Source: Polyangiaceae bacterium (GTDB lineage Bacteria > Myxococcota_A > Polyangia > Polyangiales > Polyangiaceae). From it: a stretch of DNA of 64,000 bases. Below, piece after piece: positions 38,367 to 48,186 of this stretch. The stretch covers positions 224,001-288,000 of the forward strand of contig JBILLK010000008.1 of assembly GCA_044376115.1 (NCBI GenBank). The letters run 5' to 3'. The number at the start of each line of letters is the position of its first letter. The stretch's first letter is position 1. The notes under the pieces were generated by a model, which had not been told where the DNA came from, ran no database searches, and worked only from the letters and a program-made list of their open reading frames with translations. Position numbers and translations under genes: made by a program.

Positions 38367-39767
38367 TCAACCAACGCTTGAATCTGCGTCATTTTGAGGG
38401 ACGTCTCGTGGGCCGCCCAACGCCATCGCCACCGCGAAAGCCGGCAGCACCATCAGCGCATAACGCCCTGCGCCAAAAAACACCGCATGGGTCAGCGCCG
38501 TGAGCAGGACCAGCGCGCCCGCAGCGCACAGCAGCACAGCCTCGGCGTCTCGCCGCTTCCTCAGCACCGGGAACAGCGAAAGCACGCCAAACACGAGCAC
38601 CGCTGGGGTCGCCCACGGAATCGCGCACAACAGCAAGGCCGAGGTCCAACGCTGAGTCGCCGAGCCAATGCGCAGCGCCGCGCCCAAGCGCGTGAGCGCC
38701 GCCAAGAGCGATAGCCGGATCCACAGCGTCTCCAACGCGCCTGCGACGAGCTTCGCACTGCTCGAAAACGCCTCGGGGTTGGACGCGTTCAAATACCAAG
38801 GGCCAGCACCTGCGTAGTCGAAGGTCCGGCTCAACTTGCTCGGGATCAGCGCCAAATACGCGCCGGGGGCTTCGGCGATGCGACGTTTGGCCACCCGCTC
38901 GAAACAAAGGTCCACCTCGGCCTCCACCGTCAGCGCGCTGCATTCGTCGGGCACCACGACCTCCGCCCACGTACCGAGCGCCTCTGCGTTGGTGCCGATC
39001 AGCAGGTTCCAACCGCCGTTCATGCTCACGAGCGCACAGCGATCCATCGCTTCGCAATTCCGGTACGTCCACGGCAACACCGCAGCAAGCGACACCCCGA
39101 GCGGCAGCAGCCCTCGCAACCAACGCGCGCGCCTCGAGCCCTCTGAAAAAAGAATCAGGAGGATTGCGCAGACCAACGCAAACAGGAGGAACTGCGGTCT
39201 CACCAACGTGCCCACACCGCCAAGCAGCCCGAGCAGCGTGAGGCTGAGCAGCGTCGGCCGCCGCAGCGCGAAGAACAGCGTCGCCAACGCTCCCGCATAC
39301 AAGGCGGCGGTGAAAGCTTCGGTCATCAACGCTGGCGTGTACAGAATCAGCGCGGGGTGCAGCGCCCAGCTGACGCTAGTCGCAGTGAGCCAGCCTGCGC
39401 TCGGATGGCTCGACCTCGCGAACGCGAGCATCAACAACGCAGCAAAAGCTCCACCGACGGCGGCATTCATTAGCATGCCCATCCCCGGCGCGTGCGCCAC
39501 GCTCCAATACGAAAGCGCGAGCAACGCGGGGTACCCGACGGGGTAATGGGCTACGGCTCGCGAGCTACCGTCTGCGTTGCTGGTCGAGTAGCCGAGCCCG
39601 TCGGCCAAACGCAGAGCGTGCTCGTGGTAATAAAAGCCGTCTGCGACCGGCGGAAAACGGTGGTAGCCCCACACGGCCAAGCCCAGCCGAAGCAGTAGGC
39701 CGAGCAGGCAACAGATCGCGGCGAAGCGCAGCGCACGTCTTCGCTCAGCCGCCGTCACGCAGCCCAA
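38367..39767 (-). CDS. GT-C (PMT/ArnT-like) membrane glycosyltransferase
   Basis: DGFYYH, HYPVGYP, LMTEA, LVRPQ, PWTYRN, NGGWNLLIG, GRY. Confidence 0.8.
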   Translation of the reverse strand: MGCVTAAERRRALRFAAICCLLGLLLRLGLAVWGYHRFPPVADGFYYHEHALRLADGLGYSTSNADGSSRAVAHYPVGYPALLALSYWSVAHAPGMGMLMNAAVGGAFAALLMLAFARSSHPSAGWLTATSVSWALHPALILYTPALMTEAFTAALYAGALATLFFALRRPTLLSLTLLGLLGGVGTLVRPQFLLFALVCAILLILFSEGSRRARWLRGLLPLGVSLAAVLPWTYRNCEAMDRCALVSMNGGWNLLIGTNAEALGTWAEVVVPDECSALTVEAEVDLCFERVAKRRIAEAPGAYLALIPSKLSRTFDYAGAGPWYLNASNPEAFSSSAKLVAGALETLWIRLSLLAALTRLGAALRIGSATQRWTSALLLCAIPWATPAVLVFGVLSLFPVLRKRRDAEAVLLCAAGALVLLTALTHAVFFGAGRYALMVLPAFAVAMALGGPRDVPQNDADSSVG

Positions 39768-40360
39768 AGCCGCAACGCTTGGAGGCCCTCGACCACCTCA
39801 CAAATCGGCAGGCCGACGACACAAGCGTACGACCCAGCGATGCTGCGAACCGCGAACGAAAAGCCGCCTTGAATCGCGTAGCCGCCGGCTTTGTCATCGC
39901 CCTCTTTGGACGCGACGTAGTTCGCGACCTCCTGCGCTGAAAGTGGACGCACGGTCACCTTGGTCGTCACCGTGCGTGCGAGCGTCTCGCCCTCACGCGT
40001 ACGCAACGCGAAGCGCGTGGAGACTTCGTGACCGCGGCCCGACAAAAGCCGAAGCATGCGCGCCGAATCGGCGGCATCAACCGGCTTCCCCAAAACCGCG
40101 CCGTCCACCACCACCACCGTATCGGCCACCAACACGGCCGGACAATCCCGATGCTCGGGCTGCGCGTTGAGCTGCTTAGCTTGCTCAAGCTTGGCGGCGA
40201 CGACACGCTCCAGGTAGACCGACCAAGCTTCCCCTGCGAGCAGCGATTCGTCTGCCGAGATGGCGCCGACACGCAGCGGGACCCCCGCAGACTGGAGCAA
40301 CTCACGACGCCGGGGGGACCCGGAAGCAAGCAGAAGTGGCGAAGAGTGAGACAGAACCAT
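39755..40360 (-). CDS. maf: Maf nucleoside-triphosphate pyrophosphatase
   Basis: LASGSPRRRELL, ADTVV, LGKP, LSGRGHEV, DKAGGYAIQG, VVGLP. Confidence 0.95.
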   Translation of the reverse strand: MVLSHSSPLLLASGSPRRRELLQSAGVPLRVGAISADESLLAGEAWSVYLERVVAAKLEQAKQLNAQPEHRDCPAVLVADTVVVVDGAVLGKPVDAADSARMLRLLSGRGHEVSTRFALRTREGETLARTVTTKVTVRPLSAQEVANYVASKEGDDKAGGYAIQGGFSFAVRSIAGSYACVVGLPICEVVEGLQALRLWAA

Positions 40361-40417
40361 CGCTTTCGGCGATTGCAGATAGCTCACCGCCGCACACTTT
40401 GCTACCACCTGGGTTCA

Positions 40418-42352
40418 ATGCCGTCTCGGTTGAGAGCTCCGTTCGGGCTCATGGCGTTCACAGCTGCAATGGGCCACACGTTGGCCCTGGAGGCGGCCGA
40501 GTGCGCTCCTGCGTCAACACTCTCGACCTGCGTGGACGTCGACGAGGTCTGGGTCAAGCCAGGCAATTCGCTGTTTTTGACCGGCGGTGGCGGAGTAACG
40601 ACGCCCGAAGGAAGCGCGGCGTTCGGGCTTTCAACGAGCTACTCGCGCAGGCCCCTGGTGCTGCTGGCGTTTGGCGCCGACGCCGATCCGCGTGAGATCT
40701 ACGTCATTGAAAATCTGCTGACGACAACCTTCGCCTTCGCGCTCGGTGTGACAGATAGGCTGGAGTTGACGGCGGCGTTGCCGGTCACGTTCTATCAGGA
40801 CGGCGCTGGTTACGCGGCCTACCTCGGCTCAGACAAGGAGCTTACGCGCAGCGTGTTGCGTGATCCGCGCTTCGGCTTCGGATACGCCTTCGTTCAGCGA
40901 GACCGCACCGCGGACGCATCGGGGCTCGGGCTTGTCGGGCGCTTTGAACTCGGCATGCCGCTCGGTGATGAGACGCAATTCGCCGGCGTGCGTGGGGCGA
41001 CGTTCAATCCCGCCGTCAGCGCCTCCTATCGCTTGCCGCCGTTTGAAGCGAAGCTCGACGTGGAAGGGCGTATTCGGCCGGAAGAGGCGATGGCCAACGT
41101 GGTCTTCGGCACCCAGCTCGGTGTGACGCTCGGAGCCAACGTGGAGGTCTACCGGCCGCTCGGCCTCTCGTTTAGCGCCGAAGCAACGGCGCTACCGAGC
41201 TTGGTTGGGCAAGGTGAAGAGGCCCCAGCGCTCGTCCCCGGCGAGTGGCTGGCTTCGGCTCGTATGGCGCCCTTTCTCGCGGGCGACATCTACTTCCAGG
41301 CCGGCGCTGGTACCGGCATCCCGTTCACCGATTCGAGCGCCACATCACCGCAACTGCGCGTCATCGGCGCGTTCGGTTATGCACCACGCGGGATCGACAG
41401 TGACGGGGACCGCGTGCTCGATCGGGAAGACCAGTGCGTCGACAAGGCCGAGGACCGTGACGGCTTCCAAGATGCCGACGGCTGTCCCGATCCGGACAAC
41501 GACAAGGACGGCATCCTCGACGGCGCTGACCGCTGCCGTGACGACGCCGAGACCACCGACGGCTTCCAGGATGAAGACGGCTGTCCCGATCTCGACGACG
41601 ATCTCGATGACATCCCCGACGATGTCGACGCCTGCCGCAATGATCGTGAGGATCTCGACGGCTTCGAGGATGAAGACGGTTGCCCCGACCTCGATAACGA
41701 CAAGGACGGCGTCCTCGACGGGAAGGACCTTTGCCCGAAGGACGCCGAAGACAAGGACGCCTTCCAAGATGACGACGGTTGTCCCGAAGGGGACAATGAC
41801 CGTGACGGCATCCCCGACGGTAACGATCGTTGTCCGCGTGAGCCCGAAGATAAGGACTCCTTCCAAGACGAAGACGGCTGTGCCGATCCCGACAACGACC
41901 TCGACGGCGTTCTCGACTCAGCAGACCGCTGCCCGAACGAGGCCGAAACGCTCGACGGCGTGCAAGACGAGGACGGCTGTCCCGAGGCAAACTCCAAGAG
42001 CCTCGCCAAACTAAAGAACAACGCCTTCGAGTTCACTGACGTCCCAGCGTTTGCGCCAGGCCGCTCCGAGCTCACGCCCGCATTGACCAAGCTCGCCAGG
42101 GTGGTAGCTGGCTTGGCCAAGGCGCAGAAGACTCCAACCCGCATCGTGATTGAAGGGTACGGAGATCGCCGCAATGACGCCGCCAGCGAGCGGCTAGGCG
42201 GTGCTCGTGCCTTGGCCTTCAAGCGCGCTCTCGTGAAAGAGGGCATCGCTGAACGAGCCATCACCGCGGTCGCCGGTGACCCAGCCGGGTCGCGCACAGA
42301 AGGCGCCCACCTCGACGTCGCATTTGCCCCAGACGACTCTGAATCGGAGTAG
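40418..42352 (+). CDS. OM beta-barrel + thrombospondin type-3 repeats + OmpA-like C-terminal domain (TraB-like architecture)
   Basis: Repeated D.D.DG..D..D.CP...ED.DGFQD.DGCPD units; F..G...L, IEGY.D, LGGARA. Confidence 0.88.
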   Translation: MPSRLRAPFGLMAFTAAMGHTLALEAAECAPASTLSTCVDVDEVWVKPGNSLFLTGGGGVTTPEGSAAFGLSTSYSRRPLVLLAFGADADPREIYVIENLLTTTFAFALGVTDRLELTAALPVTFYQDGAGYAAYLGSDKELTRSVLRDPRFGFGYAFVQRDRTADASGLGLVGRFELGMPLGDETQFAGVRGATFNPAVSASYRLPPFEAKLDVEGRIRPEEAMANVVFGTQLGVTLGANVEVYRPLGLSFSAEATALPSLVGQGEEAPALVPGEWLASARMAPFLAGDIYFQAGAGTGIPFTDSSATSPQLRVIGAFGYAPRGIDSDGDRVLDREDQCVDKAEDRDGFQDADGCPDPDNDKDGILDGADRCRDDAETTDGFQDEDGCPDLDDDLDDIPDDVDACRNDREDLDGFEDEDGCPDLDNDKDGVLDGKDLCPKDAEDKDAFQDDDGCPEGDNDRDGIPDGNDRCPREPEDKDSFQDEDGCADPDNDLDGVLDSADRCPNEAETLDGVQDEDGCPEANSKSLAKLKNNAFEFTDVPAFAPGRSELTPALTKLARVVAGLAKAQKTPTRIVIEGYGDRRNDAASERLGGARALAFKRALVKEGIAERAITAVAGDPAGSRTEGAHLDVAFAPDDSESE

Positions 42353-42361
42353 ACCGCACCA

Positions 42362-43165
42362 ATGCAGCAGCCCGAACCCGCGACCTCCTTCACCACCCAC
42401 CTCAACCACGGAGAAGACGTCGCGATGTTCGTCGCCGACTGCCTTGCGCAGGAGCCCGAGTCCGCGTGGGTCGAGGCGTTTGGCGTCGTCGAAGCGCCGG
42501 TTGTTCAGCAGCTCGTGGGCGGCATTCGTCAAGAGCGTTCGCTGCAAGGCGCATGGGACTTGGTCCACCTTCGCGCCTGCCTCGCAGTCTCGCAGTGGGG
42601 CACCGTGCTGCTCGCACGCGGCGGCTCGTCGAACTCCGAGACTGTCGCTGGCCTGCTGCTCAAAGCCACGGCGAAAGACGTTTCATGTCGCGTGCTTTCA
42701 GCCGCCAGCGTCGCTGCCACCCCTCGCCTTTCTCCCGTCTCTCCCCCAATTGAAGTAACCGCCTCAGCCCCAATACAAATGTCCAACTCCTCTCCGATCA
42801 TTACCCCGCCACCCGTTCGTCAGCCTGAGCCCGAAGCCGAGGTTCGCGAAGAAGTGCGCGCGCTCCGCGAACCGGAGGACGACGCCAACAAGGCAAAGGC
42901 CAGCTATCCCGGAGGAGCGGTCGTGCCGCCCAAGCGTGGCAAGAAAGACGGCTGGTTGGATGAGACCTATCCCGAGGAGGGCGACCGGGTGAACCACTTT
43001 ACCTTCGGCCCCTGCACCGTCGTGGGCAGTGATGGAGAGCGCATTCGGCTCCAACAAGATCGAGACAGTCGCGTGCGCGAAGTAGCGCTGGGAATGCTGA
43101 AGATCAGCGAACCCACGATGGACGCCGAAGGCGTGCGGCACTGGGACCTAGCCCGAAAGAACTAA
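42362..43165 (+). CDS. hypothetical protein: PPC/DUF296-like N-domain plus SH3/Tudor-like C-domain
   Basis: LNHGEDV...AWVEAFGVV...AGLL; GDRVNHFTFGPCTV. Confidence 0.6.
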   Translation: MQQPEPATSFTTHLNHGEDVAMFVADCLAQEPESAWVEAFGVVEAPVVQQLVGGIRQERSLQGAWDLVHLRACLAVSQWGTVLLARGGSSNSETVAGLLLKATAKDVSCRVLSAASVAATPRLSPVSPPIEVTASAPIQMSNSSPIITPPPVRQPEPEAEVREEVRALREPEDDANKAKASYPGGAVVPPKRGKKDGWLDETYPEEGDRVNHFTFGPCTVVGSDGERIRLQQDRDSRVREVALGMLKISEPTMDAEGVRHWDLARKN

Positions 43166-43230
43166 GCGCACGGTTGGGAGGAATCAGCCGGTTCCTCCCA
43201 ACGGCTTCGCCCAGGGCGGCGGGCACGCTG

Positions 43231-43848
43231 TTACAGCGCGCTCTTCGACACTTCGACGTAGTCGCCCGACTGTAGCTGAACCTCGGGAATGAGGCCGTCG
43301 CGGATGTCGTCGTAGCTGACCGTGGCAATCTTGACGCCGCTCTTCGTCTTGCGACGGATGGTGACGCGATCCTCATCGGCTAGGTCGGTGAACCCGCCCG
43401 CCATCGAAATTAACTTGGAAAGGCCCATCCCCGGCTCCATCGGGTAGCTGTCGGGCTTCTTGACCTGGCCGATGATGTTGACCCGCTTGGATAGGTACGC
43501 CTTCACGAACACGCTGACCTTCGGGTCGGTGTAGAACTCCCCGGCGATGAGGCGCTCCCGAACGGTCGCTTCAACCTCGTTCGGCTCCAAACCAGCGATC
43601 ACGGTGGCACCGACGAACGGCAGATTCACGGTGCCGTCTGGCGCGACCTTGTAGGAGCTCGGCAATTCGTTCGACCCCGCTAGCCTCGCGCCGACGATCC
43701 GAATCTCAAGCTCATCCCCGACCCCAAGCGTGGTCCCGTCAACAGGCGCCGGCAAATCCGGCGGCCGTACGGGGCCGGAGGCGCACGCCGATAAGAACAG
43801 CAACCACGCGAGCAGCACGGACTGGATGAACCAGCCCCGCCAGCTCAG
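43231..43848 (-). CDS. wza: short OPX/Wza-family polysaccharide export lipoprotein
   Basis: LSAC lipobox, LGVGDEL, VAPDGTVNLPFVG, DPKVSV, GQVKKP, AGGFT, LQSGD; no C-terminal OM helix; start uncertain. Confidence 0.85.
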   Translation of the reverse strand: MSWRGWFIQSVLLAWLLFLSACASGPVRPPDLPAPVDGTTLGVGDELEIRIVGARLAGSNELPSSYKVAPDGTVNLPFVGATVIAGLEPNEVEATVRERLIAGEFYTDPKVSVFVKAYLSKRVNIIGQVKKPDSYPMEPGMGLSKLISMAGGFTDLADEDRVTIRRKTKSGVKIATVSYDDIRDGLIPEVQLQSGDYVEVSKSAL

Positions 43849-43849
43849 A

Positions 43850-45172
43850 TCACCAGAAGGCTCGCACGCCCAGGTATGCTTGGAACTGCTGCCATTGAAG
43901 CGCTTCATTCGTATCTCCGACTGTGACCGTTTGATCGGTAATGTTCGTGTCGTACCGAACGGTGGCATTCACGCCGAGCCAGTCGAGGAAGCGGTATTCA
44001 CCGAAGATCGAAGGATCGATCCGAATCATCGTTGCAGACTCAAGCCCAAGCGAGTCGATCTGCGGGCGAATCACAGCCGCTACGCCGCCATCCACCACAA
44101 GGAGGAAGCGCCCGGCGAACATGTAGGAGAACTTCAGGTACCCGCGATTGGTCTCCTCGTACGTCCCGATGTACGAATCCGAGAAGTCCCGAGTAAAGCC
44201 TGCGGCAAGAGACGAAAGGGATAACGAAGCCGCTGCAGGGTCCGTGGACGGAGCCGGGGTAATCAACCACTTCACCTCAGCCTGGCCAATGAAGCTATCG
44301 AAGTCGGGCTGCGGCGTTGGCGTGTAGAAGCTTGCTCCCCACCCACCGAACACCATGAGAGCGAACGAGTTGGTGATGAGCCCGTTGAACCCGAGTCGTG
44401 CACGCAGGGGATGCGAATCGGTCTTGTCGGTCGGGGCCGTAAAGGTGGTGAAGCCAAACCGCCCGTCGAAGGTGAGCGCCGAACGCGGTAGGAACCGCCA
44501 ACGTCCACGCGTCGTGATCTCGTTGGTGAGGCTGTTGAGTTGATTGGCGGTGTCCGACTCGAAAAAAGTACCAGTGAAGTTGTAGCCAACACGCCAGTCA
44601 AACAGGCCGCCACCAGGCGCAAAGCCGATTTCAGCCCCGCCGTCAGGGATCAAGCGATTGAAACTGGCGGCCTGCACGCCTGCGTTGCTCGGCTCGATCT
44701 TGCGAGAGAGACCACCGTGCAGATTGCCGAAAACAGGACGCCCCTGCGCGAAATCAAGGTTGAAGTCGACCCGACCGCCGACGTTCCGATTGTCCGAGAG
44801 CTGCGACTTCTCAGCGTCGCTTCCACTTACCGGAATGAACTCGTCGTAGGTTGCGTAGATGCCCGCGCGAAAGGCAACGATAGGTGGCGGGCTGTCTGGG
44901 CGCCGTTGGCTGCCCATCGTCGAGATCGAGAAGGAGGGCGTTAGGCGAAAGCGCATCGCCCCAAGCGGGGTCTCCTCGTCCGCACGACGGAAGAAGTTCG
45001 TGTCGTAGCCAAGCTCAGCGGCGACGCCCGGGTGCAGCTCGAAGTCCCCCACTTCGATCCCGCGGCCCTCGGTATACCGACGATCTCCTAGCCAGGCGGG
45101 CGATTGCGCCTCTGCAACGCCTGACACACCCAACACGAGGAGGCTTGACGATAAGAGAAGTGCTCGGTTCAT
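43850..45172 (-). CDS. outer-membrane beta-barrel, polysaccharide-secretion porin-like (EpsX/Wzp/ExoB-like)
   Basis: Signal peptide, LHPG...GYDTN, long amphipathic strand series, C-terminal GVRAFW; directly upstream of OPX. Confidence 0.75.
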   Translation of the reverse strand: MNRALLLSSSLLVLGVSGVAEAQSPAWLGDRRYTEGRGIEVGDFELHPGVAAELGYDTNFFRRADEETPLGAMRFRLTPSFSISTMGSQRRPDSPPPIVAFRAGIYATYDEFIPVSGSDAEKSQLSDNRNVGGRVDFNLDFAQGRPVFGNLHGGLSRKIEPSNAGVQAASFNRLIPDGGAEIGFAPGGGLFDWRVGYNFTGTFFESDTANQLNSLTNEITTRGRWRFLPRSALTFDGRFGFTTFTAPTDKTDSHPLRARLGFNGLITNSFALMVFGGWGASFYTPTPQPDFDSFIGQAEVKWLITPAPSTDPAAASLSLSSLAAGFTRDFSDSYIGTYEETNRGYLKFSYMFAGRFLLVVDGGVAAVIRPQIDSLGLESATMIRIDPSIFGEYRFLDWLGVNATVRYDTNITDQTVTVGDTNEALQWQQFQAYLGVRAFW

Positions 45173-45357
45173 CCAGGAGGCTCGCTAAGTTCTACAGCAC
45201 TCATCAGGAGTGAGGCGGGGTGGGACTCTAACAGGCTCGGTGCAAAAGGCGAAGCATGATTGGAGCGCCCCACACTGGGGTCGACACCGCACGCCAGGCA
45301 CCGATTCGCAACACCCCCCAGCGTTGCGACCCGTTGTAAGCCGTGGGCTCAGCTTAA

Positions 45358-45939
45358 CTAGTTACCCACGCAGCTCGCGCAGCCCGGAGGCTCGATAATG
45401 TTCCCAAACACAGGATAGTAGGACGGATCCTCGAGTGGGAGGTTCGGGTCAACCGTTGAGGTTACGGCCGACTCACCAACGACGCCGACCTCCTGGCCAA
45501 CACACTGATTGGCCTCGGTGGTCAGCTGGTCCGAACGCTGCTGCAACACCGTGAGGATAGTAAACTCGTGCGTCGAGAGGTCTGCGTCGGAGCGTTGAAC
45601 TGCCGCCTCAAGGCTCTGGTTTCGCTCACGCGCGGAGCGGATAGCGACGTCGAGCTGGTTCAGCTTGTCATTGAGGCAGAGCGTTTTTACGACATCCCGA
45701 GCGGCGCGAGCCTCCTCAAGCTGACGCCGAACCGCCCCACGCGTCTGATCCATTCGCGCGAGGAAGACCCCAGCCTCACGGAGTTGCTCCGCCGGGCTCA
45801 ACGTAACTTGCCGCGCAACTCCAGCCGAAGCGTCAACAGGCGGCGCGCCAGTGGGCGCCTGCGCCACGGCTACACCTTGCCCGATAGCGAGGATGAAGAG
45901 AGTGGCTGCGGCGAGGCGAAGCGTCCGAACTCGATCCAT
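45358..45939 (-). CDS. secreted coiled-coil protein
   Basis: Signal peptide; RDVVKTLCLNDKL, EANQCVG. Confidence 0.75.
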   Translation of the reverse strand: MDRVRTLRLAAATLFILAIGQGVAVAQAPTGAPPVDASAGVARQVTLSPAEQLREAGVFLARMDQTRGAVRRQLEEARAARDVVKTLCLNDKLNQLDVAIRSARERNQSLEAAVQRSDADLSTHEFTILTVLQQRSDQLTTEANQCVGQEVGVVGESAVTSTVDPNLPLEDPSYYPVFGNIIEPPGCASCVGN

Positions 45940-45999
45940 GAGATACCCTCCGAGGGGACTAGCAGGTTAACGCTCAGAACCCCGTGGTGTCAACGGAAG

Positions 46000-46028
46000 C
46001 CGGGCGGCCTCTTTGGAAGACCGCCCGG
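46000..46028 (-). terminator. GC-rich hairpin downstream of GltG-like gene
   Basis: ccgggcggtctt-ccaaa-gaggccgcccgg stem-loop on the minus strand; weak U-tail. Confidence 0.55.
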
Positions 46029-46079
46029 TACATGTGATGCCAACGTCACAGCCAACATTCAGCCCTTAGGCATATTGTG

Positions 46080-47528
46080 TCACTGTGGCTGGAAAGAGAC
46101 CGGAATAACGATGGTTGCGCCGCCACCATCCGGGGGAGCGAACTGTGCGCTCGATACACGAGCAGCAACACAACTCGTCACCGTTCCCGAGAGGCCACCA
46201 CCACCCGATGGAGACGCCCCAAGCACTTCCCCGTTGGGCCCAATCTTGGCGGTGATGCGAACGCTACCCTTCATGTTCGGGTCTTCTGCGAGACCACGGT
46301 TGTAGCAGCGGCGGAAGCCAGCAGCCATGCCGGCGACGACCGACGAGGCGTTGGCAACGGAGCCGCCGGAGACGGCAGCTCCACCAATCGAAGCGTTACC
46401 AACCGGCCCCTTCGTCGCCTTGGCGGAACCAGCCGCCGGCGCGGAATCACCAGAGCCCTTGTTGCCCAAGCCCGCCAACCCATTTCCACCGCCACCACCG
46501 GGAGTGAAAGAGCCGGACTGACCGCCGCCAAGGTTGAGACCGCTCATGTTGCCGCGACCAGCCGAAGAACCGTCGGCAGCAGCCTTGTTGAGCTGGTCGA
46601 ACGGAACTTCACCCTGGGTGAGCACGCGGTCGGTTGAAGCACCTTGCGAGTTGAGCGTTGCCAACATCGCCACGTCCATCGAGGCCAGCTCGTTACTGAT
46701 TTGCTGGGCGCGAGCCTCGCTGATGCTACCGGGTTTGCCCGCATTGCCCGGACCCGCTGCACCCTTCGGGGTGGCCGCGGCAGCCTTCGGCGCGGCCTCA
46801 GCCGTCGCAGCGGCTGTCGCAGTCGTCGCTTCGGTAACGTTCTCCTCTTTTTGCTCTTGAACGGGAGGCGGGGGCAGCCTCTTCACGTTGTCGATGATCT
46901 GCGAAATGTCCAGGTCGTTGGTAACGACCGGATCCATCCAGTCGGAGTAGACGCCACCGAAGCCGAGGAAGTGCAGGAGGAAGCTGAACGCTGCGATGAC
47001 GGTGATGCTCCAATCCACCTCAACGCCAGAGCGAACAGAGACCGGAAGCTGCGGCCGAGGCTGAACCGGAGGCGGCGTTACGAACTGAAACAAGAACGTC
47101 GTTTCACCGATTACAACTTTGCCGCGCGCATCCTCGTTCAGAGGGATTTGGTAGGCCTGAACGGGCCCTTGGGCGACTTTTCGAGCCTGGCTCTTGAGCG
47201 CATTGTGGTCACTGATTCCGGTCTTGAGCGCCACTCGAATCGTCATCGAGTCGATGAAGTTCAAGCAGTAGTCTTGACCCACCAGTTCGAACAGCTTGAA
47301 GGTCGGCGGCAACGTCTTGGTGGGCAACACGAAGGTTGCCTTCTCGCTTGGCCCGACGGTGACATGAGTGCGCTGCTTGATGACGCGCTCCTCAATCACC
47401 TTCCCGCCCTGAACGAGCCCAATGCGCAAGACCTTGGGGCCGGCCGCAGCCGAAACGGCACGCATCGTTGCGGTCATCTGACCGGGACGCTGCGGAGAAT
47501 GTTGGGGAGCTGGATTGGACTGCGTCAT
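46080..47528 (-). CDS. GltG/AgmX/PglI-like protein (cytoplasmic N-domain, single TM, TonB-C-like C-terminus)
   Basis: RGKVVIGETTFLFQFV, TM SFLLHF, Gly-rich linker, FRRCYNRGL...GSV...IGPNG.V...CV...FAPP..G...IVIPVSF. Confidence 0.82.
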   Translation of the reverse strand: MTQSNPAPQHSPQRPGQMTATMRAVSAAAGPKVLRIGLVQGGKVIEERVIKQRTHVTVGPSEKATFVLPTKTLPPTFKLFELVGQDYCLNFIDSMTIRVALKTGISDHNALKSQARKVAQGPVQAYQIPLNEDARGKVVIGETTFLFQFVTPPPVQPRPQLPVSVRSGVEVDWSITVIAAFSFLLHFLGFGGVYSDWMDPVVTNDLDISQIIDNVKRLPPPPVQEQKEENVTEATTATAAATAEAAPKAAAATPKGAAGPGNAGKPGSISEARAQQISNELASMDVAMLATLNSQGASTDRVLTQGEVPFDQLNKAAADGSSAGRGNMSGLNLGGGQSGSFTPGGGGGNGLAGLGNKGSGDSAPAAGSAKATKGPVGNASIGGAAVSGGSVANASSVVAGMAAGFRRCYNRGLAEDPNMKGSVRITAKIGPNGEVLGASPSGGGGLSGTVTSCVAARVSSAQFAPPDGGGATIVIPVSFQPQ

Positions 47529-47676
47529 AGGGAGGGCCTCCGATACCGAACAAACGCGCGCGAGTTCGCCTATGGACGACGGCGGTTTAGAAAAGTTCCT
47601 GAAGAGTACATAGACAATCGATTTCGGTCCAGCGACGGTATCAAAGTCCGTGGCCTTCAGACGTTCAGGGTAGGTA

Positions 47677-48186
47677 CTACTCAACGTCCAAAAGGTGCAC
47701 CAGTTGGTCGACCGTCCGGCGCTGTTGGCGTTCTTTCGCCGAAGCAGCTTGAACGGTGACGGAGACAACAACCGCGCTTCCGAGCCCCACCGCCGCGGAG
47801 ACAACCGCTTCGATCAGCGTAGAAAGGGCAACGCTGGCGACGGTAAAGAAGGCAGCCAGAAGCCCCTGGATTCGCGGAAGCGCCGAAGCGATGTCCGAAA
47901 TGGTCAACTTTGCGGACGCCTCATCGACGCAGGTGCTCAGCGCCTCCCTTCGCTCGATCGGGTCGGTCACGGATGCGGCCTGAACCAGCGTGTGCTCCCA
48001 CGTTCCGGTGCGAGCCAGCCGACGCGCTTGGGACAGTCGGTCCGCTGGCGCCGTTCGACTGAGTTGCGCCGCTAGGCGGACGGCGTCCGGGCTCAAGGCT
48101 TGGCGAACCGAGCGGGCTCCCCGTCTGGCGTACCACCAAACTAGACCCGCCGAGAAAACGGAAACCCCGGCCAGTACGCCAGTCAA
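47677..48186 (-). CDS. 3-TM membrane protein, degenerate MotA/TolQ/ExbB-like
   Basis: N-terminal TM, long helical loop, TM hairpin (ALPRIQGLLAAF...AVGLGSAVV); overlaps upstream stop. Confidence 0.5.
   Translation of the reverse strand: MTGVLAGVSVFSAGLVWWYARRGARSVRQALSPDAVRLAAQLSRTAPADRLSQARRLARTGTWEHTLVQAASVTDPIERREALSTCVDEASAKLTISDIASALPRIQGLLAAFFTVASVALSTLIEAVVSAAVGLGSAVVVSVTVQAASAKERQQRRTVDQLVHLLDVE

Noticed and set aside
41345..42405. Long antisense and alternative-frame ORFs here and across the window
   Set aside because: Shadow ORFs expected from GC-rich codon bias; they overlap well-supported genes
47529..47804. N-terminal extension of the GltG-like ORF
   Set aside because: Overlaps the upstream gene; ATG 47528 has a GGAGG upstream and is the better start
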